A stretch of DNA of 64,000 nt, from assembly GCF_030013205.1 (NCBI RefSeq), contig NZ_CP122648.1. The stretch is one strand, 5' to 3'. The notes below the pieces were generated by a model. That model had not been told where the DNA came from. It ran no database searches and saw only the letters and a program-made list of their open reading frames with translations. Positions 41,430 to 50,742 of the stretch are shown one piece after another. Position 1 is the stretch's first letter. Every line of letters begins with the position of its first letter. The DNA is from Escherichia coli. GTDB taxonomy: Bacteria > Pseudomonadota > Gammaproteobacteria > Enterobacterales > Enterobacteriaceae. Made by a program: the position numbers and the translations under genes.

Positions 41430-41753
41430 CTGACTGGCATTAGGCCGCCGGGGGCGTTTTTTTACCACCGGGACTTCGGACATAACGGTGTTTTCAGTAA
41501 GTACGACAGGTACTGTGGAGGCACTCCCGTAAAGACGGGCATCAAGTTCCCGCTCCGACATACCTGCGGGCAGAGGCCATGAAAGGCCAGCTTTTCGGAA
41601 GCGCACGAACATACCACAAACTGTTGATTTTGGTACGCCCAGGCGACGTCCGGCCACAATCCGTGGTAAATGTTCTTCAAAGTGAAGACGTAAAGCTTCA
41701 GTGATCCAGGTCCGGTATTCCATACGATAGTGTCCATTAAAAATGATGGACAT
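41418..41753 (-). pseudogene. transposase N-terminal HTH fragment (family not assigned)
   Basis: 111-aa ORF with helix-turn-helix-like segment RRLGVPKSTVCGMFVRFRKAG; truncated. Confidence 0.35.
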
Positions 41754-42251
41754 TATTTTTGTGGAGCCGGAGGAAACACACCAGACTGTTTAAATGAGCC
41801 GGTTACCGAAATACGCGGGTTGCCGGTGTCTGAACGCCTGGCGGTCAGGCAAATGCAGAGTAAACCGCTACTGACTTCCCTGTATAAGCTGATGCAGGAG
41901 AAAGAACACACATTATCGAAAAAATGCCGTCTGAGAGATGCGTTCCGGTATATCCGGAAGCACTGGGTTGCGTTGTGCAACTTCTGTGATGATGGTCTGG
42001 CGGAGGCGGATAATAATGCCGCGGAAAGAGCGCTTCGTGCAGTCTGTCTCGGAAAGAAAAACTTTATGTTCTTCGGCAGCGATCACGGCGGCGAGCGAGG
42101 AGCACTGTTGTACGGGCTGATCGGCACCTGCCGACTGAACGGTATCGATCCGGAAGCGTATCTGCGCCATATCCTGAGCGTACTGCCGGAATGGCCTTCC
42201 AACCGAGTTGACGAACTCCTGCCATGGAACGTAGTACTCACCAATAAATAA
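41730..42251 (+). pseudogene. IS66-family transposase (TnpC) C-terminal fragment
   Basis: 173-aa ORF ending NNAAERALRAVCLGKKNFMFFGSDHGGERGALLYGLIGTCRLNGIDPEAYLRHILSVLPEWPSNRVDELLPWN, the conserved IS66 TnpC C-terminal signature; lacks the N-terminal catalytic part. Confidence 0.7.
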
Positions 42252-42385
42252 GCGTCAATACGGCACTCCGTTAACGCTTACGTTTAAGTCATAAAGCCAT
42301 GCAGAACGCTCACCTCCCAAGATCTTGGTTTTTATAAGGTGTAATGATAATGTAAGCTAATGTTTCACATGCCAAAGGAAACACC

Positions 42386-43714
42386 ATGAGCCACAGGGAA
42401 TTGTTCAGCGAATTTCTTGAAAATTTGAATCTTGACCTCAAACAGGCAAAAAAGATCAGCTATCACTATCGAAAAATAACCAAGTCATTAAATCTTGCGT
42501 TCAGAGGAACGAGTTCCCGGGTAGCAAACCGCTTGAAAGTGGGGTCAGTAGGCAGACATACCGCAATAAAAGGCATATCCGATCTGGATATGCTTTATAT
42601 TATGCCCCCCAATCAGTATGAATATTATAACCGTAAGGATAATGGTCAGTCTGCATTGCTTACAGATGTCAGAAACATTCTGGCGGAAGAATATCCTGAC
42701 CAGACTGTGAAAAAGGACAGACTGGTTGTTCAGATCATCTTTAAAAACTTTTATGTCGAGGTTCAACCTGTATTCAGACAGGATGATGACAGCTTTAAAT
42801 TCCCTGAAAGCTATAATGGAGGAGCATGGCGCATTACAAAACCTCTTCACGAAAAGGCGGCCATGACCGCATTTTCGCGAGATAAATCCAATAATCTGCG
42901 CAAGCTGTGTAAAATGATCAGAGCCTGGAAGAACCTGCATGGCGTCAATATGGGTGGCTTACTGATAGACACACTAGCGTATCGCTTTCTTTCATCAACA
43001 TCAGATTATGACAATACCGGAAATGGCAGCCTGGGAGCCCTCGCCAGAGACTTTTTTGAATATCTGTCAAATGAGGAGAGAAAGGAAAGGTATCTCGCGT
43101 TAGGCAGTAATCAGCATGTACGTGTTAAATCTCCCTGGTTTGGCCGGGCAGCGAAACACGCGTATGAATTATGTTGTGATGCCTTAGACGCTGAGGGGGC
43201 TGCCAGTGAAAATGACCGCTGGCGCAAAGTGTTCGGACGAGCCTTCCCCAGACGTAAAGTGGGTATTATGGAAGCCCGTCTTGGTCTGGAATCGCATGCG
43301 GCAGATGCTGTTCCCTGGACCGATACCGAAGAGTTTATAGAGGATAAATATCCGGTGGATATCAGGTACTCACTCAACCTTGACTGTACCGTAACCCAGG
43401 ATGGTTTCCCTCCCAGAAGCCTGAGGGAGATGCTTACCAGAAGATTCCGCCTCTCCGCTCGAAAATCTCTCCTTTTCCGGGCAGACTTGACAGAAATGGA
43501 GGCAGAGGAACCCTACACCGTTATGTGGAAGGTACTGAACGTGGGTGACGAAGCACGCAGAAGAAATATGATCCGGGGACAAATCGTTTCGGACGGCGGC
43601 TACTGTACGAAGAAAGAAACTACCGACTTCCGCGGAGATCACATGGTAGAATGCTATGTGATAAAAAATGAGGTTGTGGTTGCCCGGGCCCAGATTGAAG
43701 TTCCCATAAGCTGA
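42386..43714 (+). CDS. polymerase-beta-superfamily nucleotidyltransferase, SMODS/CD-NTase-like (candidate signalling nucleotide or oligonucleotide synthase)
   Basis: 442-aa ORF with SD AAAGGAA; NTase signature G-S-x10-D-L-D (GSVGRHTAIKGISDLD) near the N-terminus; stop overlaps the SD of the next gene. Confidence 0.6.
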   Translation: MSHRELFSEFLENLNLDLKQAKKISYHYRKITKSLNLAFRGTSSRVANRLKVGSVGRHTAIKGISDLDMLYIMPPNQYEYYNRKDNGQSALLTDVRNILAEEYPDQTVKKDRLVVQIIFKNFYVEVQPVFRQDDDSFKFPESYNGGAWRITKPLHEKAAMTAFSRDKSNNLRKLCKMIRAWKNLHGVNMGGLLIDTLAYRFLSSTSDYDNTGNGSLGALARDFFEYLSNEERKERYLALGSNQHVRVKSPWFGRAAKHAYELCCDALDAEGAASENDRWRKVFGRAFPRRKVGIMEARLGLESHAADAVPWTDTEEFIEDKYPVDIRYSLNLDCTVTQDGFPPRSLREMLTRRFRLSARKSLLFRADLTEMEAEEPYTVMWKVLNVGDEARRRNMIRGQIVSDGGYCTKKETTDFRGDHMVECYVIKNEVVVARAQIEVPIS

Positions 43715-43721
43715 GGTTTTT

Positions 43722-44297
43722 ATGACGCAATCAGAGATGCTGAAATTAATCGCCCGACATGGTTATAACGTTGGATTTGGCGCTAAGAAAAACTTTGCCA
43801 CCTATGATCTGATTTGTAAGGCATCCGGTTGGATTAGCTTTATTTCTCTTGCTGTCGGTGTGTTCGCCCTTTTTATTCCTGAGCTGGCCACAAACGTCAT
43901 TTCCGCGATATTAATTATATTTGGTGTTGCTACAATGTACATTCAGTTTTATGACTCGGAAAAGCAGAGTTATGAAAGTGCGGGGATTGAGCAGACCAAA
44001 ATTTTTAATGAACTTGAAGTCATCTACCGCAACGTAAAAAGCGATGCAAACTTTGACTATCAGCGTACACAACAATCCATCGACGCTATCATGTCCCGGT
44101 TTTACGGCACGGTCATCAGCAAACAGATCTTCGGAAGTAACTGGTACGCACATTATAAATTTTACTGTGAATTTGAAAAAGCATGGGTTGAAGAAGAGCT
44201 GAACCTGACACTGAAGGACAAAATCCCGCTTTCGCTCTGCTTTCTCGCCGGTCTGGCGATCATTTTTACTATAGCTGTCATCTGGAAAACGCCCTGA
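43722..44297 (+). CDS. 2-TM membrane protein, SLATT-like candidate effector
   Basis: 191-aa ORF starting 8 nt after the NTase stop; two adjacent hydrophobic helices (ISFISLAVGVFALFIPELATNVISAILIIFGVATMYI) plus a C-terminal hydrophobic segment. Confidence 0.6.
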   Translation: MTQSEMLKLIARHGYNVGFGAKKNFATYDLICKASGWISFISLAVGVFALFIPELATNVISAILIIFGVATMYIQFYDSEKQSYESAGIEQTKIFNELEVIYRNVKSDANFDYQRTQQSIDAIMSRFYGTVISKQIFGSNWYAHYKFYCEFEKAWVEEELNLTLKDKIPLSLCFLAGLAIIFTIAVIWKTP

Positions 44298-44848
44298 TGC
44301 TGCAGCCAATGAAAAATTCAGCAAGCTGACTGTCAAATATGCGATGTATAGCCGGTATCACCATCCAGTGTACGTTCTATAAGGGGGGCGCTTGGAAAAC
44401 GGGTAGAGTCAAGATGTGGCGCGGTAATTTTACAGGTCAGGCATATCTGTTGCCGCCTCTTTCGATTGGCGGTGCCTTACTGTCCTGACCATAAATCCTG
44501 TTTCCACACCCCGCTCATCGAAGCGGACATGCGCTTCTAACACATCCGGCTCTCGGACAGAATCATGCCTTCGCCCACGGAAACCTCTGCGGGAGCTTCG
44601 GTGCATATTTTCATGGAAGGGGATCACCCAATAACTTCCATCGAGATCGGGTCATAACGGCCAATCCGTGATCGAATAGAGCGGAATACGCACTCTGACG
44701 AACTGCTTACATTTAAACTAATTACAAACTATATAAATCCGCCTTGCTCATTCACAGGGTAGATATATTCTTACTTTTAATTTTATGTGTAATTAACTGA
44801 TGACGAAAAATGAATTGAACTGTAAATGCATATCTAAGTTTTTCATTC

Positions 44849-45574
44849 TTATGATGTACATAATACCTTAAAATTATCAACTAGCTGAGCATTAACCTCC
44901 ATCTGACTAATCCCCCATAATGCGGCTAACTGTTTCTCTGCAATCCCACTATCCCATGGCATTAGTGGGTCATTACGAAACTTAGCAAATGGCCCATCTG
45001 TTTCTGTAAGAATGCGTGATTTGGGTATTTTCAAAACTAAGGCCTTACCCTTTATTGTATCGAGCATAGCAGGCCCCACTGAGAACCAGCATCCTAAATC
45101 AATTGCCCTTTCAAGCTGCTTAGGTGTTCCAGTGAACCAATGCAATATTGCCACCCCATCGATATTTTCAATCTCATCAAGCACCGCTGATGCACTTCCC
45201 CGACTATGGATAGTCATAATCTTGCCACCAGCCCGATTTACACTGTTGAGAATGTGTCGGAACACTTTCAATTGAATATCCCAATGTTCTTTAAATCCCT
45301 GTCCACCATCAAGCCCTATTTCCCCTACATACTTAGTTTCCGAAAGCAATGAATCAAACAGGTCTAACTCATGCGATCTTTGATGCGCGATTTGAGGATG
45401 TAGCCCAAGAGCAGTTCGGATTCGTTGACTTTCTTTAGCCAATAAAGAAGTACCATGCCATGCTTTAGGTGTTGTTGTCACCGACAGAATATAAGTCCCT
45501 CGACGTTTACTTTCTTCAGCCACGAGGTCTGGCCGAGGATATAAGTCTAGATGACAGTGCATATCGATGCTCAT
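44849..45574 (-). CDS. qatD: QatD-like TatD-family metal-dependent hydrolase
   Basis: 241-aa ORF beginning MSIDMHCHLDLYP (TatD HxH motif); ATGA overlap with upstream qatC. Confidence 0.8.
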   Translation of the reverse strand: MSIDMHCHLDLYPRPDLVAEESKRRGTYILSVTTTPKAWHGTSLLAKESQRIRTALGLHPQIAHQRSHELDLFDSLLSETKYVGEIGLDGGQGFKEHWDIQLKVFRHILNSVNRAGGKIMTIHSRGSASAVLDEIENIDGVAILHWFTGTPKQLERAIDLGCWFSVGPAMLDTIKGKALVLKIPKSRILTETDGPFAKFRNDPLMPWDSGIAEKQLAALWGISQMEVNAQLVDNFKVLCTS

Positions 45575-46890
45575 ACTATGTTCTCACTCAGTAAATAGCT
45601 TTCAACCTCATCCAGGCCATCCTTAAATACTTGCTTGAAATTATCAAATTCTGCCGTAGGCAAAGGGCCACTTTTGGCAATCCATGTACCTATTTTCAAA
45701 GTCGATTTCTGCGTGATCGCAATCCTAAGGGCGATCAGGTCGTCCCTGCGATCTATTTCATTCATTACTTTAGCTAAGGACTGGAAAATATATTCAACAT
45801 CTCTACTAATTCCCCCTGCATGAAGTGATGCTCGTCGAATGATACACGGTATACATACCCCACATTGCTGCCCCATTCGTTTCCAATGACTGCAGGATAC
45901 TGTACTTTCCACAATTTTAGATAAGAGCTGCTTATTTGAACATTCGGAGATCATTTTTCCTTTTGTCTTAAACTGATATGGATTGATTATTTGACAAGAA
46001 ATACCGAGCGCATCAAAGATCTTTTGTATGCTCGTAATAAAATGTGGATGTGTTGTTCGTGTGCTCAGCGAACCTATCCGCCGTGGAGTAAGTGGTGCAT
46101 TTAATGAGATAAATCCATTTTCAGGTACGAACAAATCAATCTTTTCTTGTTGAGATATCTCTTGTACGGCACAAGCACCTACGGCCGCAAAGGCAAGAAA
46201 ATTGAGGCTACGAGTTCGCATCGTAATATCAGTCACGCCTTGATAAATGTGTGGGTCAGCATTAATCTCAAAGCGCGAAAATTGGCCACTTAATTTTTCA
46301 GCAATCTGATCTTGACGAGACTTATCCCCCTTATAAGCATGACTAACCAAAAGTGGAGCGCGCCCTGCAGCCAGAAGATCTATTGCACCAATAGCTGAAT
46401 CCAGACCTCCTGAAAATAGGCTGACACAGTCAAGCCCTTTTAGCTTAATCAGACGATGCCTTGAATGCTGGCTATAAGGCTCTGGCGGTGCATAACCATC
46501 GTCACAAAATTCGAAATCCCAGATGTCTCCACTAAGAAAATGCAAAGCACTCTCAAGTTCTTTCTTTAGACTAATCCATCTGGATGGTTCATGAAGGGGG
46601 AGTCGTAACGACAATTGGCGGGTCCAACCATCCTCGGAACTTTCACGCTGAACGAAAGTATCTGCTGCAGTTACTGCTAATGCAACACTCAGAAAATCCA
46701 TGACCTTAGCTGGAAGCTGTACTCCCAAACGTCTGATCCGATCAATCGCAGGATTCCCGATAACAGATATATCTCCGCGCCTCTGACCACTTAATCCATA
46801 TAGCTGAACAGGTAACACTTTCTCACTTGCTGGCGGCAAATGGTGATGTTTATGATGGAAAACTAATTGTGTCACTGGTATGCCTCCCAT
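45571..46890 (-). CDS. qatC: QatC-like QueC-family PP-loop ATPase
   Basis: 439-aa ORF with PP-loop SGGLDS (DCVSLFSGGLDSAIGAIDLL); overlaps qatB by 19 nt. Confidence 0.8.
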   Translation of the reverse strand: MGGIPVTQLVFHHKHHHLPPASEKVLPVQLYGLSGQRRGDISVIGNPAIDRIRRLGVQLPAKVMDFLSVALAVTAADTFVQRESSEDGWTRQLSLRLPLHEPSRWISLKKELESALHFLSGDIWDFEFCDDGYAPPEPYSQHSRHRLIKLKGLDCVSLFSGGLDSAIGAIDLLAAGRAPLLVSHAYKGDKSRQDQIAEKLSGQFSRFEINADPHIYQGVTDITMRTRSLNFLAFAAVGACAVQEISQQEKIDLFVPENGFISLNAPLTPRRIGSLSTRTTHPHFITSIQKIFDALGISCQIINPYQFKTKGKMISECSNKQLLSKIVESTVSCSHWKRMGQQCGVCIPCIIRRASLHAGGISRDVEYIFQSLAKVMNEIDRRDDLIALRIAITQKSTLKIGTWIAKSGPLPTAEFDNFKQVFKDGLDEVESYLLSENIV

Positions 46891-47624
46891 TCTTGCCAGG
46901 CCTCAATAATGGCCTGACGTTCAATTTTTACCATTTGGTTTCGTGTGAACGATCTTATGTTACCGGCAAGTTTTGGTGCCATATGTTTATCAACAACAAC
47001 TTTAATCAATTCCCGGAGTTCAATTTCTGCATGAATTGCCTTTGAAGGTGTATCTGCTTTGTTCCATGCCCTATTAGAATCCATTACCATCTGAAGGAAA
47101 ATACTTTCCGCTAGATAACCAATCATTGTGTCAACAATCACACCATCAGTTATTTTTTGAGGATCGAAAATTTCTACGCCATCAAGAGCCTCCACTAAAG
47201 CATGGTTCATGGCCGCACAGATCTTTTCTGAGTCACCATCCTGTGATGTTAAAGCTTGAGCAATAGTTGATATTGCTATTTCGCATGGAAGGCCTGCCAA
47301 ACTGCCCAAATCGATGCTTGGTTCTCCGGGAGCCGAAGGCATTCCCACTAAAGCCCCAAATAATTCGGCCCCAGCTTGCGTGACACTCCCTAATCGCCGA
47401 GCAGCGTTACTGCTCCCTCCGGAGGCTTTTCGCGCGTAGTGCCCTATGGCTTTTCTGAAATCTGCTCGATTTCCATTTGATACCGCATTTCCCAACGATT
47501 CTCGAAATGGCGCAAACCTCCTTTCTTGCGGCGAGGGTAACGGTTGCTGTGGCTGATCATCAGCCCATGGTGGAACCAGCGGAGAGCCACCTCCTGGACC
47601 TTTACTTGATTGTGATGTTCCCAT
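46872..47624 (-). CDS. qatB: QatB-like protein (no recognisable domain)
   Basis: 250-aa ORF whose ATG overlaps the qatA stop (TAATG); position between KAP NTPase and QueC-like genes. Confidence 0.7.
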   Translation of the reverse strand: MGTSQSSKGPGGGSPLVPPWADDQPQQPLPSPQERRFAPFRESLGNAVSNGNRADFRKAIGHYARKASGGSSNAARRLGSVTQAGAELFGALVGMPSAPGEPSIDLGSLAGLPCEIAISTIAQALTSQDGDSEKICAAMNHALVEALDGVEIFDPQKITDGVIVDTMIGYLAESIFLQMVMDSNRAWNKADTPSKAIHAEIELRELIKVVVDKHMAPKLAGNIRSFTRNQMVKIERQAIIEAWQEWEAYQ

Positions 47625-49408
47625 TAAGCGTCCTTATTCCATTGTTCATCTTTTAATGCTGCAGTCATCCACGCTGGTCGTTTCATCCCCAACTGTAATT
47701 CCTGTAGATAACGAATTAATATGCTGGCTGCATCTGTTGAGTAGCGGGCCAACAGACATGCGCCGGAAAAGCCTCTGGGCTTACGATCCCAATCTGATAC
47801 CTGCCGTAACTGGTTAATTAAACCTTCCATTACAGGTATTTGCTCCTCACGAGGAAGTGCTTTCAAAAGGTTTTCTGCTGTAGGAGAACTAGTGTTTTTC
47901 AATTCAATTAGTGCATTTAGTACTTCCCGTCCAGATGGCGATAAACCAACCACATATGCACCTATTGGCATAGTTTCTCGGGACAGATATATGGCGGCCC
48001 TTAAGTCAATCCCACCAAGACGAGGTTCAAGTTGGGCCCATTGACTGATGAAAGATTTAGTCGTTGGACTATCAGTCCATGTCTTTGGTGCATCAGTAGG
48101 TATTTGACCGCCATTATCGTCAAGCTGTTTAAGTATCTGGGGAACACCTTGTTCAATATCCACGAGATGATATAAATCAGCGGTGCCATCCACTCCAACA
48201 CAGCGTTCAAAAATTACTAGCTTAGTAATAATTGCTTCATCCAAAGGCATTGCTCGTCGCTTCGCAATTTGAGATCGCATTTTCACAACATTCAACAAGC
48301 GTTTAACGATCCTGGGATTACCATGAATAATTGGAGAGTTGGCTAAAATGGGAGCAATACGGTCAGCACGCGCAAACGCCAGCGCGAGGTTGCTATCATC
48401 CGCTTCACCAGTCATTTTTAAGGCCTCCTGACGTGAGATTGGTTCATCTTTCCAGGATTGCTGTAACGCCTTCTCTAAGCCCTCACGGAGCATAGTTATT
48501 TTTTCGCCTTCTAAGCCATGTTCAATGGCATAAAGCATGAACAGATACGAACGGATCTCACGGACCCCAGCCTTAGGCACCCGAATAGGAACCTGGATTA
48601 GCTTATCCAGATAATCTATTTGATGGCGCTGTGATGCCCCTTTGAAGTAATCAGCCACAGAAGAGCGAATCATGTCCTCATCTGCTGCAATAATAAAGGC
48701 TGTATTAGTCAAGAAAAGGAATAGCCTGATAGCTTCAAGTGTATGGATAGCATTGGCAGGGAGACAGCGGTCTAGGTTATCTATTACCACAATGAGTGGC
48801 TTTCCAAGTTCTTCTAGAATTTCCCCATATTCCTTACGAAAGGCATCAATCTGCTGAGGGGGGCTTTTTTTTGTTTGTGGTTTAATCAAACCACAAGCAG
48901 TTTCTTTACCTTCTTTAGCTATATTGCCTAAAGCCTCATACTCTTCCTGACTCTGGATGCCATCGGTGATATTTCTTAATGCACCAATCCCCCTAGAAAG
49001 CAAACCGCCAGTAGGTAATCCTGCCATTAAAGCTGTACCCTCAGCTAGTAATCCCATAGCTCTAAAACCATCAACTCGACTAAGGAGTCTCTTAGTTTTT
49101 GATATAAGGGTAGAATTACCTTCAGCAGCTTTTGTCAATTCTGTAGCGATGACTTCAAGAAGTGCGGCACGGGCGTCGTCGTACCCCTGATAGAGCCAAG
49201 AGTCAAAATTGATAACAATCCAATCTTTGTCGTCTTGCTCAAGTTTTTGCTCTATCAGTTTTAACAGAGAGGATTTACCTGCCCCCCAGTTTCCAAAAAT
49301 TCCGATAGATACTGGTAACATATCTTTCGTGGTAAGTACATCCACGGCTAACTGAGATACTTCACCAAAATTTAGGTAGTCTTCTGATGACTCTTTGTCT
49401 GACCACAT
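47624..49408 (-). CDS. qatA: QatA-like KAP-family P-loop NTPase
   Basis: 594-aa ORF with Walker A GNWGAGKSS near the N-terminus and Walker B-like VVIDNLDRC; SD AAGGA upstream of ATG at 49408. Confidence 0.8.
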   Translation of the reverse strand: MWSDKESSEDYLNFGEVSQLAVDVLTTKDMLPVSIGIFGNWGAGKSSLLKLIEQKLEQDDKDWIVINFDSWLYQGYDDARAALLEVIATELTKAAEGNSTLISKTKRLLSRVDGFRAMGLLAEGTALMAGLPTGGLLSRGIGALRNITDGIQSQEEYEALGNIAKEGKETACGLIKPQTKKSPPQQIDAFRKEYGEILEELGKPLIVVIDNLDRCLPANAIHTLEAIRLFLFLTNTAFIIAADEDMIRSSVADYFKGASQRHQIDYLDKLIQVPIRVPKAGVREIRSYLFMLYAIEHGLEGEKITMLREGLEKALQQSWKDEPISRQEALKMTGEADDSNLALAFARADRIAPILANSPIIHGNPRIVKRLLNVVKMRSQIAKRRAMPLDEAIITKLVIFERCVGVDGTADLYHLVDIEQGVPQILKQLDDNGGQIPTDAPKTWTDSPTTKSFISQWAQLEPRLGGIDLRAAIYLSRETMPIGAYVVGLSPSGREVLNALIELKNTSSPTAENLLKALPREEQIPVMEGLINQLRQVSDWDRKPRGFSGACLLARYSTDAASILIRYLQELQLGMKRPAWMTAALKDEQWNKDA

Positions 49409-49539
49409 TTTTATATCCTTTACATCACCAATTTTTACGTCATTGAGTAAACTACAGGTTTGATAAAACCAACTCTGTTCAGGTGGGCAAATTCAGTGTA
49501 CCACTTCATCAATAATCCAATATGATGACTGCTATAGAT

Positions 49540-50742
49540 CTATTTTTTAAAGAATGAAATAAGCTTTCTTATCCCAGTCCATATTTTCCTATCAGAATCC
49601 GAAGGGTTAAATTCGCTCTTGTCAAAATCAGCAACCTCAGCAACCTCAGCAACCTCAGCAACCTCAGCAACCTCAGCAACCTCAGCAACCTCAGCAACCT
49701 CAGCAACCTCAGCAACCTCAGCAACCTCAGCAACCTCAGCAACCTCAGCAACCTCAGCAAGGTTTATTCTATTTTGATGAGCTGTCAAATGTTCTTTGTT
49801 AATTTCATCTCTAATTAGCTGTTCTTTTTCTATGCTGTAGTTTTTGTCATTATAAGTCACATCAAAATCATCTAAGAAAACGATATAAATCAATTTAAAA
49901 AAACTAGTCTTAAATAAAAAACTATCGCACTCATCAGGAAAACCAAAAAAGAAAACATTAAGATATTTGGTTGCTTTGCGCTTGTCTTTTAGTCCATTAT
50001 AATACTTATTTGCTTCTGCTCTTTGTTTTTCATACTCACTACAGAAAAAACTCTTTTTACTTTCATCCCATTCTGAAGCATCAATTTCAAGTTTATATGC
50101 TTGTTTGGTACCTTTCTTTCTGGCTAAAAAAGTAAGGTAATATCTATTCGAATTTATCTCCAGCCGTATATTAGATTGAATTTTACCAAAATAAATTGCT
50201 GGCTTATTATATCTAATTCCTTCTTTATAGATGATTAGTTGAAAAGTATCTTTATAAGTTCTAACTCCATAAGGGGGAATTGATAATGGTTCATAGAGAT
50301 TATCTCCATTAATGTAGTAGTCTACTACCGGTTTGATGCTTGAAGATGACACAGGGTGTACTTTACCTCCCAAATCTTTTTCATCATCTCGCGTCTGTTT
50401 GATAATTCTTCTGCCAGAAGAGTCGTAATTTCTTTCAGACACATCAAGTTTCAGAAGAGATATAGCTAATGCCGGTGGTGAATTATGCTTTTTATTATTC
50501 TTTGAGTTACACTTATTTTTACTCTTAGGATCATGAATCTTACATCCCGGCCTATGAGTCTCTTTATATCGAAAGTATGATTGATTTAAATTTATTTCTT
50601 TGAAGCTACATGGAGTAGCGGGTATCCTACATTTGTCATACGGGCATTCAAAAGTGGTTGTTCGTATATAAAGATCATCCATTTCCCGAAGATCATGACC
50701 ATGAACAATTTCACCACTAACAGAATCTCTTGCTATTGTCAC
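49540..50742 (-). CDS. uncharacterised cysteine-rich protein with C-terminal (AEV)n repeat
   Basis: 400-aa ORF from GTG at 50742 preceded by a perfect SD (AAGGAG, 5-nt spacer); N-terminal CPYDKC...C...C cysteine cluster; AT-rich; ends 131 bp upstream of qatA on the same strand. Confidence 0.7.
   Translation of the reverse strand: MTIARDSVSGEIVHGHDLREMDDLYIRTTTFECPYDKCRIPATPCSFKEINLNQSYFRYKETHRPGCKIHDPKSKNKCNSKNNKKHNSPPALAISLLKLDVSERNYDSSGRRIIKQTRDDEKDLGGKVHPVSSSSIKPVVDYYINGDNLYEPLSIPPYGVRTYKDTFQLIIYKEGIRYNKPAIYFGKIQSNIRLEINSNRYYLTFLARKKGTKQAYKLEIDASEWDESKKSFFCSEYEKQRAEANKYYNGLKDKRKATKYLNVFFFGFPDECDSFLFKTSFFKLIYIVFLDDFDVTYNDKNYSIEKEQLIRDEINKEHLTAHQNRINLAEVAEVAEVAEVAEVAEVAEVAEVAEVAEVAEVAEVAEVAEVADFDKSEFNPSDSDRKIWTGIRKLISFFKK
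49629..49760. repeat. perfect 9-bp tandem repeat, about 14.7 copies (unit AGCAACCTC on + strand)
   Basis: Uninterrupted identical units read directly; in-frame within the 400-aa ORF, encoding Ala-Glu-Val repeats. Confidence 0.97.

Larger units (their letters stand above)
40700..42260. mobile_element. mosaic of insertion-sequence remnants (IS66-family and IS4-like fragments)
   Basis: Four short transposase-like ORF fragments on both strands, none full length. Confidence 0.7.

Noticed and set aside
42386-43714. Antibiotic-resistance nucleotidyltransferase (ANT/Lnu-type)
   Set aside because: The protein is much longer than typical resistance NTases and is translationally coupled to a 2-TM protein, which fits defence signalling better; not excluded without a database search
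49569-49760. 63-aa + strand ORF consisting of LRLLR repeats
   Set aside because: Frame artefact of the 9-bp tandem repeat read on the opposite strand of the 400-aa gene
49629-49760. Possible CRISPR array
   Set aside because: Units are only 9 bp, contiguous and identical with no spacers; this is an in-frame coding microsatellite, not CRISPR
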